The position numbers and the translations under genes were made by a program. Source: Octopus sinensis (taxonomy: Eukaryota). Taken from it: a DNA stretch of 64,000 bases. The stretch spans positions 3,410,001 to 3,474,000 of the forward strand of contig NC_043016.1 in NCBI RefSeq assembly GCF_006345805.1. Direction: 5' to 3'. The notes beneath the pieces are model-generated. The model did not search any database. It saw only the letters and a program-made list of their open reading frames with translations, and was not told the DNA's origin. Positions 15,119-29,060 of the stretch are shown piece by piece (within the stretch, counting starts at the first letter, position 1; every line of letters starts with the position of its first letter).

Positions 15119-15281
15119 GCGTATCATCAGATCTCAAAACCTGTTGACCTAAGATATATATTTACCATAAGAACTACGATGGAAAAATAGGAAAAAGATA
15201 CGGTATATATATGCTGGGATTCTTTGAGATATGTAATTTATTCTAAGGGTTACACAAGGGTAAAAAAGTTGAGAAACACTG
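14860..15281. mobile_element. hAT-Charlie-type MITE
   Basis: Termini ctatgtttctcaac ... gttgagaaacactg. 8-bp flanks ttctaagg / ctctaaga resemble a decayed TSD of the Charlie NTCTAGAN type. Confidence 0.7.
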
Positions 15282-15759
15282 CTCTAAGACATTAGAACAG
15301 TAATATAACTTTTTAGAAAGTTAAAAGTTATGACCGGTCATAGAGTGGTCATTGCTTTCGCATCTGTAAAGCGCTTAGCAATATAGGAGAAACGTCAGGC
15401 TCAAATAACTGAAGACGTGCAACGTCTCCATAGCTAGAGGAAGAAATAAGTAACGGTCTTTGTAACGGTCTTTGTAATCAAAAAGTATTGTCCGTGCTGC
15501 GGTTGTGCGAGGTTATTCCCCTTACATAGTCTCCGGCCGTGGTGATATCCTAAGTAAATGTGGCGGGTCTATTCAATGACTGAGCAATTCCAAGTCTGAA
15601 GTAGGAAACGTTTTAGATGAGGGCAGTAGCTGTGTATAAAGCTAAACAGCAACGGCATATCAGTCAACAACAGCAACAACAACCACAGTGGTAGCGGTGA
15701 CAATGGAAGTGCTTCAAGCAGCAGAGACAAATGTACCAATAAATCCGACGGCAGTATCA

Positions 15760-16230
15760 ACACCAACTTTTCAGCCGAAAGTAGCAGCTACGCCAGCAGC
15801 AACGGAACCATCACTGGAAAGGATCAATATCACGTCCCTGGCCAGTCACGTATAGCACTTAAAAGAGGAAGGAACCCCATACATAATTAACTGGAAGCTC
15901 CTTGAACAACCGGGATCATATATAAACGGGAGCAAACCATATAAGCCTTGCATGGCAGAGAGGGCAACAATCTTAAACCTCTTGCTCGACCTGGAGATCT
16001 TTTTAGGAAAGAAGGTCATCCGATGCACGAAAGTACAAGTTAGTGCGCCTATTCCTTTCATGAATTTACCTGTAAAACCATTAAAATATTCCAATGGCTC
16101 ATTCTTTCGTAGAACTTCTCTAAAACTATACATGTGTAGTTCCAAAAATATTCGTCTCTGACTTAGTTGTGCGTGAGCTAAGTTTGACTAAAGACTGATA
16201 TCAGAATGATATCAAGTACTTTAGTTAAAT
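15760..16230 (+). mobile_element. Penelope-like element 3' remnant (C-terminus of GIY-YIG endonuclease plus decayed hammerhead-like tail)
   Basis: LKEEGTPYIINWKLLEQPGSYINGSKPYKPCMAERATIL resembles the PLE EN C-terminus. Downstream actaaag..gatatcagaatgatatc..gtactttagt forms nested stems. Confidence 0.55.
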
Positions 16231-16668
16231 CAACTGCATCAGTCAAGAAATAATATGAACAAGACACATGTACTGTAAAATAAATTACCTCGTACGACTT
16301 TTATACAGGGGTTCGCGAGCAAAGTTTGGAAAATATTCGCCGGGAAATAATGATACTATTGGAGGATACACACACGCTCATACACACACATACAGAGCTA
16401 GCCAGTCAGCCAGACAGACAGACACAGACACAGACACAGACGCACACACACACACAAACACACACACACACTCACACACACACACACACACACACACGCA
16501 CGCACGCACACACACACACACACACACCACACACACATGCACTCATCCATACACACGCACTCATTCATACACACGTATGATTGCGTACATATAACAAAAT
16601 AACATACACAGGGTTATAAGTACTAAATCGCTTAAAGGTGTTGTATATATACGTATGTGTGCGTAAAT

Positions 16669-16731
<63 letters not shown>

Positions 16732-17778
16732 AATATATTTACGAACACATACATTCATGCACGTACGTATGTGTATGTGTTTGTGTGTATACATACTCAA
16801 GCAGACATTACATCCTTCATGGCATACAAACATACAGATATATACATACAAAGATGTATCCATATGCGTGTTGATATATACACATGCGTAAGTACATACA
16901 CAACTACATACACATAGACGTACAAATCTTCCTTCAGATTCGCTAAAACATTCTTACATATTACATTTGTGCTTATAGATGTAGATATGTAGATACATAC
17001 TATATACATACAAACAAATATAAACACTCGCAGATTTTTACAGGTATATAATTGTACGCACATGCAAACAAACATTCCTGTACCAGAAAAATATATAAAT
17101 CTTAAAACTTATTTATATTTAAACATTTCTGTGTCTGTTATTGCAAGAACAATTTTAAATAAAGCCATTCAATATTTTCGGGAAAATATTAAAATAAGGA
17201 ATTTTTCAATGCATATGGAAGATATTTCGAGGGCAATATCAGCGAGAGTGAGCAAATATAGAACAGAATAGCTGCCCCACCTCTCAACCTCTCCACCTTA
17301 CTCCAGATATAATAGACAAGCTGTGTTTTTGAGGGGTGGAGGGATTGCATATGTTTTTAATAAATTCTTTTACAGAAAGGAAATTAAGTATAGTCTAAAA
17401 TAACACAAACAATAAAAGAAAAATTACGAAATAGAATGGTAGGTGTTTGGGGGAATACGTATTTGAGTTGTCGGAAAAAAAAGAAGAAAAACAGGAAAAG
17501 GAAAAGGAGCAATACGGAAATAGAAAAAGGAGAGAGAAGGAAAATTATGAAAAGAAGGGAAAAGATAAATATCCCAACCCAGTAAAAGAACTCAACAGCA
17601 CCGATGAGATGTATTAAAGCTTTAATGATGGCAGTGAGAAAAGAAAAAAACTCCAAAGAAAAAACCATGGGCGGTTATAACAATGATTTCAAAAAAGATT
17701 TTGAAATAAATCAACTTCACCACACCTCTTGTTGCTGTAATACACTACAATCAATCTTGTACCATAAAACATACCAAC

Positions 17779-17878
17779 NNNNNNNNNNNNNNNNNNNNNN
17801 NNNNNNNNNNNNNNNNNNNNNNNNNNNNNNNNNNNNNNNNNNNNNNNNNNNNNNNNNNNNNNNNNNNNNNNNNNNNNN
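17779..17878. other. Assembly gap (100 N)
   Basis: Run of exactly 100 N. Contiguity across it is not guaranteed. Confidence 1.
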
Positions 17879-18079
17879 AGAGGAAAACATGGTCAGCGGT
17901 GTCAACTGCTCTGAAAGGCAAAAGGAAATCTATTTCCGTATTTGGGTTTTTCACGTTTTCCGTTCATGATTTCCTTGGCCTCCAGCAAAACAATAAAGTC
18001 AAGAAATAAATATATGAGCAAAAAAAAGAAACATACATATACACACACTCTCTTTCTCTCCCTAACACACACACACATA

Positions 18080-18142
<63 letters not shown>

Positions 18143-19670
18143 AAACACAAGCATATATGCATATACATGTAAAAAAATATATATGCTTATGCATCCATGT
18201 GTATGTATGTATAATATTACAGTATATTATAAACTATACAATACTATAATGATAATTATTGTAGTTATTAAATTTAGTTAGTAAGTCAAAAAGTATTGTA
18301 TAGTTTATAACTTGTTACAACAATATTATTTTGTTACTTCTGAAAGAATTAAGAAAATTTGGATATATACTATTTATAGTCCTTTATATATAAAAAAATA
18401 ATATTAATTATATTCATCGAGGACCGGTATTCAATCCTTGTTTTTTTTATATTACTTAATTTTTATTTACTGAGTTCTCCTTTCTATAATATACGAATAA
18501 TAATCCTTATTGAAGTAACTTCAAATCTGGTTACTTCTAAAGAACTAGTAATATTTTGATATCCATTAATATAGCACAACTCTATATCTATTGGGTAATT
18601 TAGGTTGTAGTTACTGTATCGTAATATTTATTACAGAATTCTCCCTACGATAAATTAAGAACATTTCTGTTAGGGTTCTCTTCATATTTATTACGAAATT
18701 CCCCTTAAACTAAATAGACAAAGAACATTTTTTTGTTAGTTACTTTAAACAATCGTTTTTATATCAACAATTCTAATTAAAGAGAAGAGTTCTTATATAC
18801 TACCAACATAATTATCATTTATATTTTTTACACGTTTTATAGCAGTTTCTAGATTAGGTAAGACCCTGATACTTAATTCATATAACCAATATATTGTTGT
18901 TGAATGTTATTATAATAGCAAAAAATGGTCTTCGACCTAAACGAGTTTGGATTAATTCATTTGAGATATATAGAAATACATTTAATAGTTGTAGACTCTA
19001 TTTACTTAATTATTTTGCTCGTTATAATTTTGTGTTGCGTTTTAATTGTTATTGTTATGTAGTTGAAAAGTTAACGATCACGCTCATAATACATAGGCAT
19101 TTGAATTAACGTTTTTTTTTACAATCAAGCCGTCTTTTCACACGGAATTTCGTCTTTCTTTAAACCTTAGCTCTGATTAGACTTATATAAGTGTATTGAA
19201 TTGTTTATAAATCAAATAATGTATATAAGTCGAAACAAATTCGGTTTTTTTGATTTTAATGATTTTTTAAATGTTATATTATATTCATAGTATATTATGT
19301 TATTATGATAAATTATCGGATTGTCAATTGTATCTCCCCATTTATTATTTGTAATTTGCATTATACCCTTTTGATGCAGTTTTCAACTGACGTACCAGTG
19401 AATTGGTTGTTTTACACATCCCTTTGAAGGAATTCCTTTCCTTAATTTGTTACTACAAACACACACACTCTCATCATCATCATCATTGTTCGACCGTATA
19501 AACAGATAAATATAAGAAAGATAGATAGACTGATAAATAGATAGTAGATAGAATGATAAAATAAAGTGATATAGGTATAGTATACATGCATATCTATATA
19601 TCAATCTATCTATCGATCATCTACCTATCTCTGTATATATATAACATATATACACACGCAATATATATAT

Positions 19671-19902
19671 ATTTCTTTACTACCCACAAGGGGCTAAACA
19701 TAGAGGGGACAAACAAGGACAGACAAAGGGATTAAGTCGATTATATCGACCCCAGTGTGTAACTGGTACTTATTTAATCGACCCCGAAAGGATGAAAGGC
19801 AAAGTAGACCTCGGCGGAATTTGAACTCAGAACGTAGCGGCAGGCGAAATACAGCTACGCATTTCGCCCGGCGTGCTAACGTTTCTGCCAGCTCACCGCC
19901 TT
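19671..19902 (-). mobile_element. tRNA-derived SINE family B (tail shared with the Tx1 LINE)
   Basis: Minus strand: aaggcggtgagctggcagaaacgttagc...gagttcaaattcc (B box)...gggtagtaaagaaat. (TA)n on both sides. Homologous to 62537-62738. Confidence 0.85.
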
Positions 19903-20024
19903 ATATATATATATATATAGTTATCCGTAATAATGAAGGGTGAAATTAATTAATTTGGAAAAATTATCAATTACACCAAGTAGTCTTCGGCATGTAAAAG
20001 CCTCATTCGAGGAAAATTTAAGTA

Positions 20025-20257
20025 ATACTAAGCAATAAGGGTTAGCAACGAGTTGCCTTACCACATACCGAATTTAGAAATACGCAGTCAAAGGGTTATA
20101 GCTATTTCTTCTACTAAAAAGGGAGATCTCAGTAAAAATGCTGTTTTACTGAGATCTCCCCTTTTTAGTAGAAGAAATAGCTATAACCCTCTTGACTGCT
20201 ATTTCTGAAATCGGTATGTGGTAAGGCAACTCGTTGCTAAACCCTTATTGCTAGTAT
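20025..20257. repeat. ~230-bp fold-back palindrome
   Basis: The arms are reverse complements with small indels around the centre gagatctcagtaaaa-atgctg-ttttactgagatctc. Confidence 0.9.
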
Positions 20258-20300
20258 ATATATTATATATATATATATATATCTAATATATATATATATA

Positions 20301-20337
<37 letters not shown>

Positions 20338-20342
<5 letters not shown>

Positions 20343-20696
20343 GTAGAAAAATACAACATGGACAAGAAACGTATAACTCATAGAAGACGATACAATAAAC
20401 ATGGACAGGACATTCGAACCCCTCAGTCTTCAGTCAAGAACCGGATCATCGTAGTAATTTCGGCTGATTAATCTTGAGATTACTAGATCACGGCCAGCCC
20501 TCCAAGAAAAACTAAGCTGGAGCGTAGATTTCCTGGAAGAAGGATCGAATGCATACGAACCCCAGGACAGCAAAAGGGAGATATAAAAAAAAAACTAAAA
20601 ACAATATGGAATACAGAAACATGAAATACAGAAGCATTAACGGTGAAAACAACAAGTGTCTTACGACTGATAACAAGCAAACAAATTTTTTCTCTG

Positions 20697-20700
<4 letters not shown>
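20338..20700 (-). mobile_element. Non-coding (TA)n-embedded element related to 27272-27675
   Basis: Minus strand ttttcttggagggctggcc...gccgaaattactacgatgatc...gactgaaga parallels 27500-27575 ttttcttggggccggcc...gccgaaactgcaacgacgatcgactgacga. Confidence 0.55.
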
Positions 20701-20745
<45 letters not shown>

Positions 20746-22519
20746 ATATAGTATCTCTGTGTGTACGAGTGTGTGCATGCGTATTAATGCTTCCATGGGG
20801 TATGTTGTGCGTCTGTATGAGTGTGCCTGAGCCTGTGATAGTTTTCAAATTACATGTAGACTAGTTTCAAATATTTCATTTACTAATGACATCATTTATA
20901 AATTATTATAATCATTATAATTACTTTGATATCTTGTTACGTATTTCTAACCTTGCACCAACCTTCCAACATCCAACTTCCAAATAGACTCCTCCACTTA
21001 TGCTTCGAATTTTCGTATACTAATTTAATGAAAAATATTGTCCTCTCCCCACTTTTTTTTACTGGAAAACAATATGGAGTTCACTTATAAATAATTCCAC
21101 CTTCTTCGCTGTGTTGTTGGTCAAGGGTAAAATGTCCGAACATTGTTAATCTTATTAAACATGAAAAATTTATTTACTCCGCCCTCTTTCAATCCTCGCG
21201 GTTTTCTTCTGATGAACACTTGTTCAGCCTACATCTGTCTAATTTAATTAGCCCTATATAAGGCCATTTTAGTAATATTACAGGCCCCCGGGCAAATTAA
21301 TGCACTGGCCCTATAGTATTTATTCATTGACAGCAGCCATAGCAAATATACTCCCGTCAGGACCCCTTGTAACTGCCTTGAGGCGACACTGGAGCTGTAG
21401 TCAAAATTATTCCAATTGTGACTACCCTATTGTTTTACTGTTCCTATGTTTCAGTCAGTGTTCCCTAAAGGGGTCATCAATGCAAAAAAGATCAGGCGGA
21501 TAAACTGACGACTTTAAGATTAAAATGGTTGTGTAGCTTTTAAAACTTGTGGACCCCACATCTGCTTATTAATTAGAGGTGTGTACAAAACTTTACAGAT
21601 ATCAAGAATGAGGGATATCATTACGGACTCTACTGAATTTGTTTATCTACCGAGTTTCTTTTTCCTTTTAATTTTCTTTTAGTATGATAAAATGTTATTT
21701 GAGAGAGATTTAGCTGCTATTCCTACAAAGTTGAGCTGCTACTCAGACGTACTTTCATTATCACGTTTCCTTTATTGTTGTAATGGTTTAGCTCGAGGTC
21801 AGCCTTCATTGACTAGAACTATGTTGAAAAGCATTCCTGCCAAAACCTTTAAGTCGTTTTAGATATCAAGGACTACATTGTTCGTCCGTTTTTAAGACCA
21901 TAGGCTCTACTTAAAAACGTGTAGTTACCACTCAGATAATCTGCCCACACCTCTAAACACCACTACAACTCGTTTGTTTTATATTTTCACTTGGATGTCA
22001 ATCTCTCTCTCACACACATTCACTTACACACACTCAAACGCACACATACACACACACTCATACACACACACACAAACACACACACCCTCGCTCTCTCTCG
22101 CTCTCTGCCCCCCTCTCTCACACACACATTCATTTTCCTCATTTCTCTTCTCTATTCTCATATGAAAGATGAATATATGAACAAAACTTTGGTATTTCTA
22201 ATCACTTGTTATTGTTGATGTTATTGTCGTCTTTCATAAATGTCCAAAGAAGAATTTAACAAGTTCAAAGGTCACAAGACGATTATATGATTTTATTTCT
22301 TTTTTATATATTTTCTATTCTAGACACAAATTATTCTGTTAGTCACCACCATCGGTCAGACCGAGTTAGAATAGGTGCATTATTTTCCATCTTTGTTTCT
22401 TTGTTTCTTTGTCTCCTTCCTTCCTGCTTTCCTTCTTTCATTCCTTCGTTCTTTCGTATCTTTCTTTCTTTCTTTTTTACTTTCTTTTATATTGTAAATA
22501 TATACATATATTTTAACAC

Positions 22520-23880
<1,361 letters not shown>

Positions 23881-24135
23881 ACTCAATACTCTATTCATTT
23901 ATTTGGTGTGGTACATTGTCATTTTCGCCGACAACTTCCGTGGTGTTAGACAGGAACGAAACATATAGAGAATAACGAAGCTAGTGTAGTCACCACTAGA
24001 ATAATTGCCCTCCGGTTTCAACATCCCACACAGACATACCTACATATTTGTCTAACCACCAACTTTCTTCATTTCTACATGTGTATGTATGTACGCATGT
24101 ATGTATATATGTATTTGTGTGTGTGTGTATGTATT

Positions 24136-24171
<36 letters not shown>

Positions 24172-24952
24172 TGTGTATATATGTATGCATGTATGTATGT
24201 ATGTGTGTGTATATATATATATGTATATGTATGTGTATATATATATAGGTATATATATGTATGTATGTGCTATGTATGCGTGTATATGTATGCGTTTTGT
24301 ATATAAATGTGCAATTACAATAGCTTTTTAACTTATATTAATATATATGGATTATATATATAGTCATATATATATATGTATACACACACACGCATATATC
24401 TATTATATATAAATATATATATAATATTATGTGTTGTATATATATATATGTGTATATATATATCTATGGTTGTTTTTATGTTTTTTTGTCGTGGTGTGTG
24501 GTAAGTTGCTTGGGTGTGTGTATGTATTCACATACACAAAGATGCATCCACGCAACAGGCATATTTACAGACACACACACACACATAAAACATAGACATA
24601 CATATTCCCCCCTCACTACGTCTACTCTTTTTGCCCTTTCTTCTTTGTCCTCTCCCCTCTTTCATTTTGTTGCTCTCCTTTTCACTTCCTTTCTCTTCTT
24701 CCTCTCATTCATTCTCCAGCCGATGCATGAAAACGTATCACATTTCTTGCTTATTTCCCATTCAACGACAATTACTTTTTTTCTTACTTTTTCACTTATT
24801 CTCATACTTAAAATATTTATCATTAATCCTCATTCCTTTCTCCTCCCTCTCCCCTCTCTCTCTTTATATATATACATAATACATACATACATACATACAT
24901 ACATACATACATACATACGTACGGACATACGTACATACATACATATATATAA

Positions 24953-24997
<45 letters not shown>

Positions 24998-25010
24998 GTA
25001 TGTATGTATG

Positions 25011-25050
<40 letters not shown>

Positions 25051-25432
25051 TTGTCTATATCCCTCTATATATTATAAATTCACTTATTTATGCTTGTTGC
25101 TCTCTCTGTTCATGTTCTATCTATCTGTTTATTTTCCTGTCTGTTTGTCTGCTGTCTGTCTGTTTGTCTGTCTATCTGTCTGTCTGCCTGTCTCTCTGTC
25201 TGTCAGTCCATCTATCTATCTGTCTGTCTATCAATTTTTCTCACAGTGAGAAATTCATTTGCAGATGTACTTTCAAGATGTACACACACATGCACACATT
25301 TATCATACCAAATTGCTGCACCTTTCGTAATTTCTATACCTCTTATTCTATATCCTTTTACAGGTGTGTATATGCAGATATTTGCATGTACCCCTGCATG
25401 TGTATGTATATGCATATATGTGCATGCATGTG

Positions 25433-25472
<40 letters not shown>

Positions 25473-25519
25473 TGACTCACACACACATTCACACACATAC
25501 ATTTATATATATACAAATA

Positions 25520-25780
25520 TATAGGGAATTCGAAAAATCACAGACAAAAAGGAAAAAAATACTAACAAATACAAAAAATACAAACAAGCAATGTATTAAT
25601 GGGACGCTCAGAGGAAGAAGAGAGTAGTTGGTTTTCGTTTCGAGCATAGTTCTTCTTCTGGCAGAAAGGAAAGTCCAAAGGGGCAAAAAAGAAGAAAGTG
25701 AGAAAAAATCCACAGTTCGCATTCGGTTACATTTGACGTGACCGGAAGCAGAATGAACGAAGAGAAAGTGCTTTCTGTGT
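25520..25780 (-). mobile_element. Short non-coding element with a decayed hammerhead motif (family of 53715-53980)
   Basis: Minus strand cagaagaagaactatgctcgaaacgaaaac...ttcctctgagcgtcccattaatac parallels 53841-53912 ctgacgaagagctccgctcgaaacgtaaaac...cctgagcgtccaataatac. Confidence 0.6.
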
Positions 25781-25786
25781 ATGTTC

Positions 25787-25821
<35 letters not shown>

Positions 25822-25847
25822 ATATATCTATAATATATATATATATA

Positions 25848-25891
<44 letters not shown>

Positions 25892-25970
25892 TCTATATAT
25901 GTAATATATAACTATATATATATATATATATATTATATATATGTATATATATATATATATATAATATAAT

Positions 25971-26005
<35 letters not shown>

Positions 26006-26270
26006 CTAGATATACACACACACACATACTATATTATTATATAATATATATATACTACATATATAGATACATATATATATATAGTATATATATATAATAT
26101 ATACATTATATATATATATTTTTTATATATATTATATATATATATCAATATTAATAAAAAATCATATATCAGAAAGAGGCACAGTCTAAAAAGTTAGAGC
26201 AGTTAATTATTACAAGTTTTCGCAGCCACAAAGCCAAAGCCCTTGAGGGCAGCTGGAAAATTTTATATTC

Positions 26271-26336
26271 ATATAGAGTCAGACGAAAACTATCCACAAG
26301 GATAGTGTGGGCGCGAAACCTTGGGTAGCTCTATAT
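26271..26336 (+). ncRNA. Type I hammerhead ribozyme-like motif (variant core)
   Basis: Stem I atagagt/gctctat; core CAGACGA at 26280-26286 (U4 replaced by A); internal hairpin actatcc-acaa-ggatagt; GAAA at 26315; stem III cc-ttg-gg; GTA triplet at 26325-26327. Confidence 0.5.
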
Positions 26337-26361
26337 AAAATTTTGTTGTAATACACACACA

Positions 26362-26417
<56 letters not shown>

Positions 26418-27271
26418 ACACAGATTTGCGTATGAGCTTCTATTGTGTGTGAATAGATAATTTATTTTCAATTATATATATTATAACTTTTATTTCTTTG
26501 TTAAAATTAATTCATTATTATGCTATATATTTTTTCACACGATCATGTATGTGCAATATGCGTATACACGCACTGTATGGCAACATGTGCATCTATACGC
26601 GTGCATGTGTGTGTATGCCTATGCGTATTTCTATTTATGCTTGCATATGCATATGTGCACATTCAGCTATACTTGCATATTCGTGTGAATTTGCTTATAT
26701 GTATGTATGAATGTATGTATGTATGCGTATGTTTATGTGTTCATGTATATATGTACGCAAATGTGCGTGTAATATATATGTATTTATGATGGTTTGTATG
26801 TGTGTACGTGCGCAAATGTCTACAAGCACGATTGCTCTACTCTGTGAAACACCGCCCACGCCTTTAACACGCCCAATTTTTACATATATCGATGCTACAG
26901 TCCGCGGTCGCCGCGTGCGTGCGTGTAAGTACATATATGTACTACATATGAAGTTACGTGTATGCGTATGTGTGAGTACGTATACGTATATGTGTGTGTA
27001 TGTATATATGCTACGTGTGCATGTGGTGCGTATACACATACAAGAAAGAAAAAGTAAAAAACTAGGTTCGTTTTTACTTTATATTTATTTATTCATTCAT
27101 TAATCTTTATCTTATATTTATATATTTTATTTACTTTAATTTATTTACCGCGTATATGTGTTTGTGTGCGTGTGTGTGTATGTATATGGATAGGAACATG
27201 TATATTTATGTTCTTACGTATGTGTATAGGAGACCAAAAGTGTACGCACGCCGCTATATGTATATATATTT

Positions 27272-27675
27272 TTAAAATGGAACAAGAAAGTAACAGGCGA
27301 CAACAAAACATCCGGACAGTTACACAATAGAAAAAGGACAGGAAAACATAAGGACGGATCATTCTTCACGAAAGACACTGTTGTTTATGTCCTGTTGTTT
27401 GTATTTGTAATTGTGTACCATTTCTTCCTTGTTTACGTCCTTGCTTTCGTATACATTCGCTTGCTTTCTTCCAAAGAATCTAGTGCTCTTAGCTTCGATT
27501 TTCTTGGGGCCGGCCAGATTGGAGCAGCCTTGAGTGTAACTGGCCGAAACTGCAACGACGATCGACTGACGAAAGGAAGCTCCAAATGATCCGTCCTTGT
27601 GTTTTCATGTCCTTTTTTCTATCGTCTAACTGTCCGTATGTTATGATGTCGCCTGTTACGTTCTTGTTCCATTAT
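27272..27675 (+). mobile_element. Non-coding element with ~90-bp imperfect terminal inverted repeats
   Basis: 27276-27363 (aatggaacaagaaagtaacaggcgaca...aaggacggatcatt) is the reverse complement of 27585-27673 (aatgatccgtcctt...tgtcgcctgttacgttcttgttccatt). (TA)-rich flanks. Confidence 0.7.
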
Positions 27676-27713
27676 AAACACATATATATATATATATACA
27701 CATACACATATAC

Positions 27714-28075
27714 AGGTGTGGCTGTGTGGTAAGAAGCTTGCTTTCCAACCACATGGTTCCGAGTTCAGTCCCACTGCTTGACACCTTGGACAAGTGTCTT
27801 CTACTATAGCCTTGGCAGACGGAATCTGAAAGAAGCCCGTCGTATATTTATATGTATATGTTTGTGTGTGTCTGTGTTTGTCCGGCCCCTGCCACCACTC
27901 GACAACTGACGTCGTTGCGTTTACATCCCTGTAACTTAGAAGTTCGGCATAAGGAACCGATGGAATAAGTACTAGGCTTACAAAGAATAAGTCCTGGGGT
28001 CGATTTGTTCGACTAAAGGCTATGCTCCAGCATGGTCGCAGCCAAATGGCTGAAACAAGTAAAAGAAAAAAAGAA
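27714..28075 (+). mobile_element. tRNA-derived SINE family A
   Basis: gtggctgtgtggtaagaagcttg...gagttcagtcc head; tail gctccagcatggtcgcagccaaatggctgaaacaagtaaaag. Confidence 0.85.
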
Positions 28076-28161
28076 TATATATTCTTTATTCTTTATACAT
28101 GCAGACACACACCACACATATATATATATATGTGTGTTGTAATATATATGTATATGTATTC

Positions 28162-28192
<31 letters not shown>

Positions 28193-28397
28193 GATATATA
28201 TATATATATATAATAATAATAAATATTAGGGAATAAATCCCAATTTACAGGGAAAAATCAGATTAGGATTGAATCCATTTTATAGCAAAATATATATAAT
28301 ATTAATTAGAGACAAAACCACTATTTTGCAAATCAAACGAATTAAAGACTTAATCCATACATAAAAAATTTAATATAAAATTAAATAAAATTAAATT

Positions 28398-28447
28398 CGC
28401 CACTACAATTGTTTCGTGTCTCTCTAAGGACATTCATCAGGTGGATT
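28398..28447 (-). ncRNA. Minimal type I hammerhead ribozyme (PLE-type)
   Basis: Minus strand: ccac CTGATGA a tgtc-cttagaga-gaca c GAAA caattg TA gtgg. Stem I ccac/gtgg; stem III is the palindrome ACAATTGT. Confidence 0.75.
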
Positions 28448-28496
28448 GTCAGATCAGACTCAATATTGAGTATGGAATATTGAGTCTGATCTGAAA

Positions 28497-28544
28497 ATCC
28501 ACTGATGAATGTCTTAGAAGAGACACGAAACAATTGTAGTGGCG
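28497..28544 (+). ncRNA. Minimal type I hammerhead ribozyme (mirror copy)
   Basis: CTGATGA at 28502-28508, tgtc/gaca stem II, GAAA at 28527-28530, caattg, GTA at 28536-28538, then gtgg. One C is missing from stem I relative to the left arm. Confidence 0.65.
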
Positions 28545-28634
28545 ATTTAATTTTATTTAATTTATATTAAATTTTTTATGTATTGGATTAAGTCTTTCTT
28601 TGTTTGATTTGCCAAAATAGTGGTTTGTCTCTAA

Positions 28635-28674
<40 letters not shown>

Positions 28675-28675
28675 A

Positions 28676-28753
<78 letters not shown>

Positions 28754-28956
28754 ATATATTGAATTAGAGATGATGAAACCACTATTAGGCCAAATCAAAC
28801 AATAATTAAATTTGAATTTTATATTTTATATTATTTGTATATTATATTAATTAATTTTATTTTCTATGTTTTGGTTTATGTTTTTCACTGTTTGATTTGC
28901 CTAATAGTGGTTTGTCTCTAATTTAATATATAGATATATATATTAATATAAATATA

Positions 28957-29020
28957 AAATGGCGGTGCCCCAGCATGGCCACAGCTTGTGAGCTGAAACT
29001 AGATGAAATAAAAAAATTAA
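28957..29020 (+). mobile_element. Solo 3' tail of the CR1-type LINE
   Basis: aaatggcggtgccccagcatggccacagcttgtgagctgaaactagatgaaa is near-identical to 56944-56995. Confidence 0.8.
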
Positions 29021-29060
29021 ATAAAATATATATATAATAATATGTATATATATATATACA

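Larger units (their letters stand above)
28298..28642. repeat. ~340-bp fold-back palindrome carrying a hammerhead ribozyme motif in each arm
   Basis: The arms are reverse complements about ~28470. A second, shorter inverted pair with the same termini lies at ~28762-28925. Confidence 0.9.
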
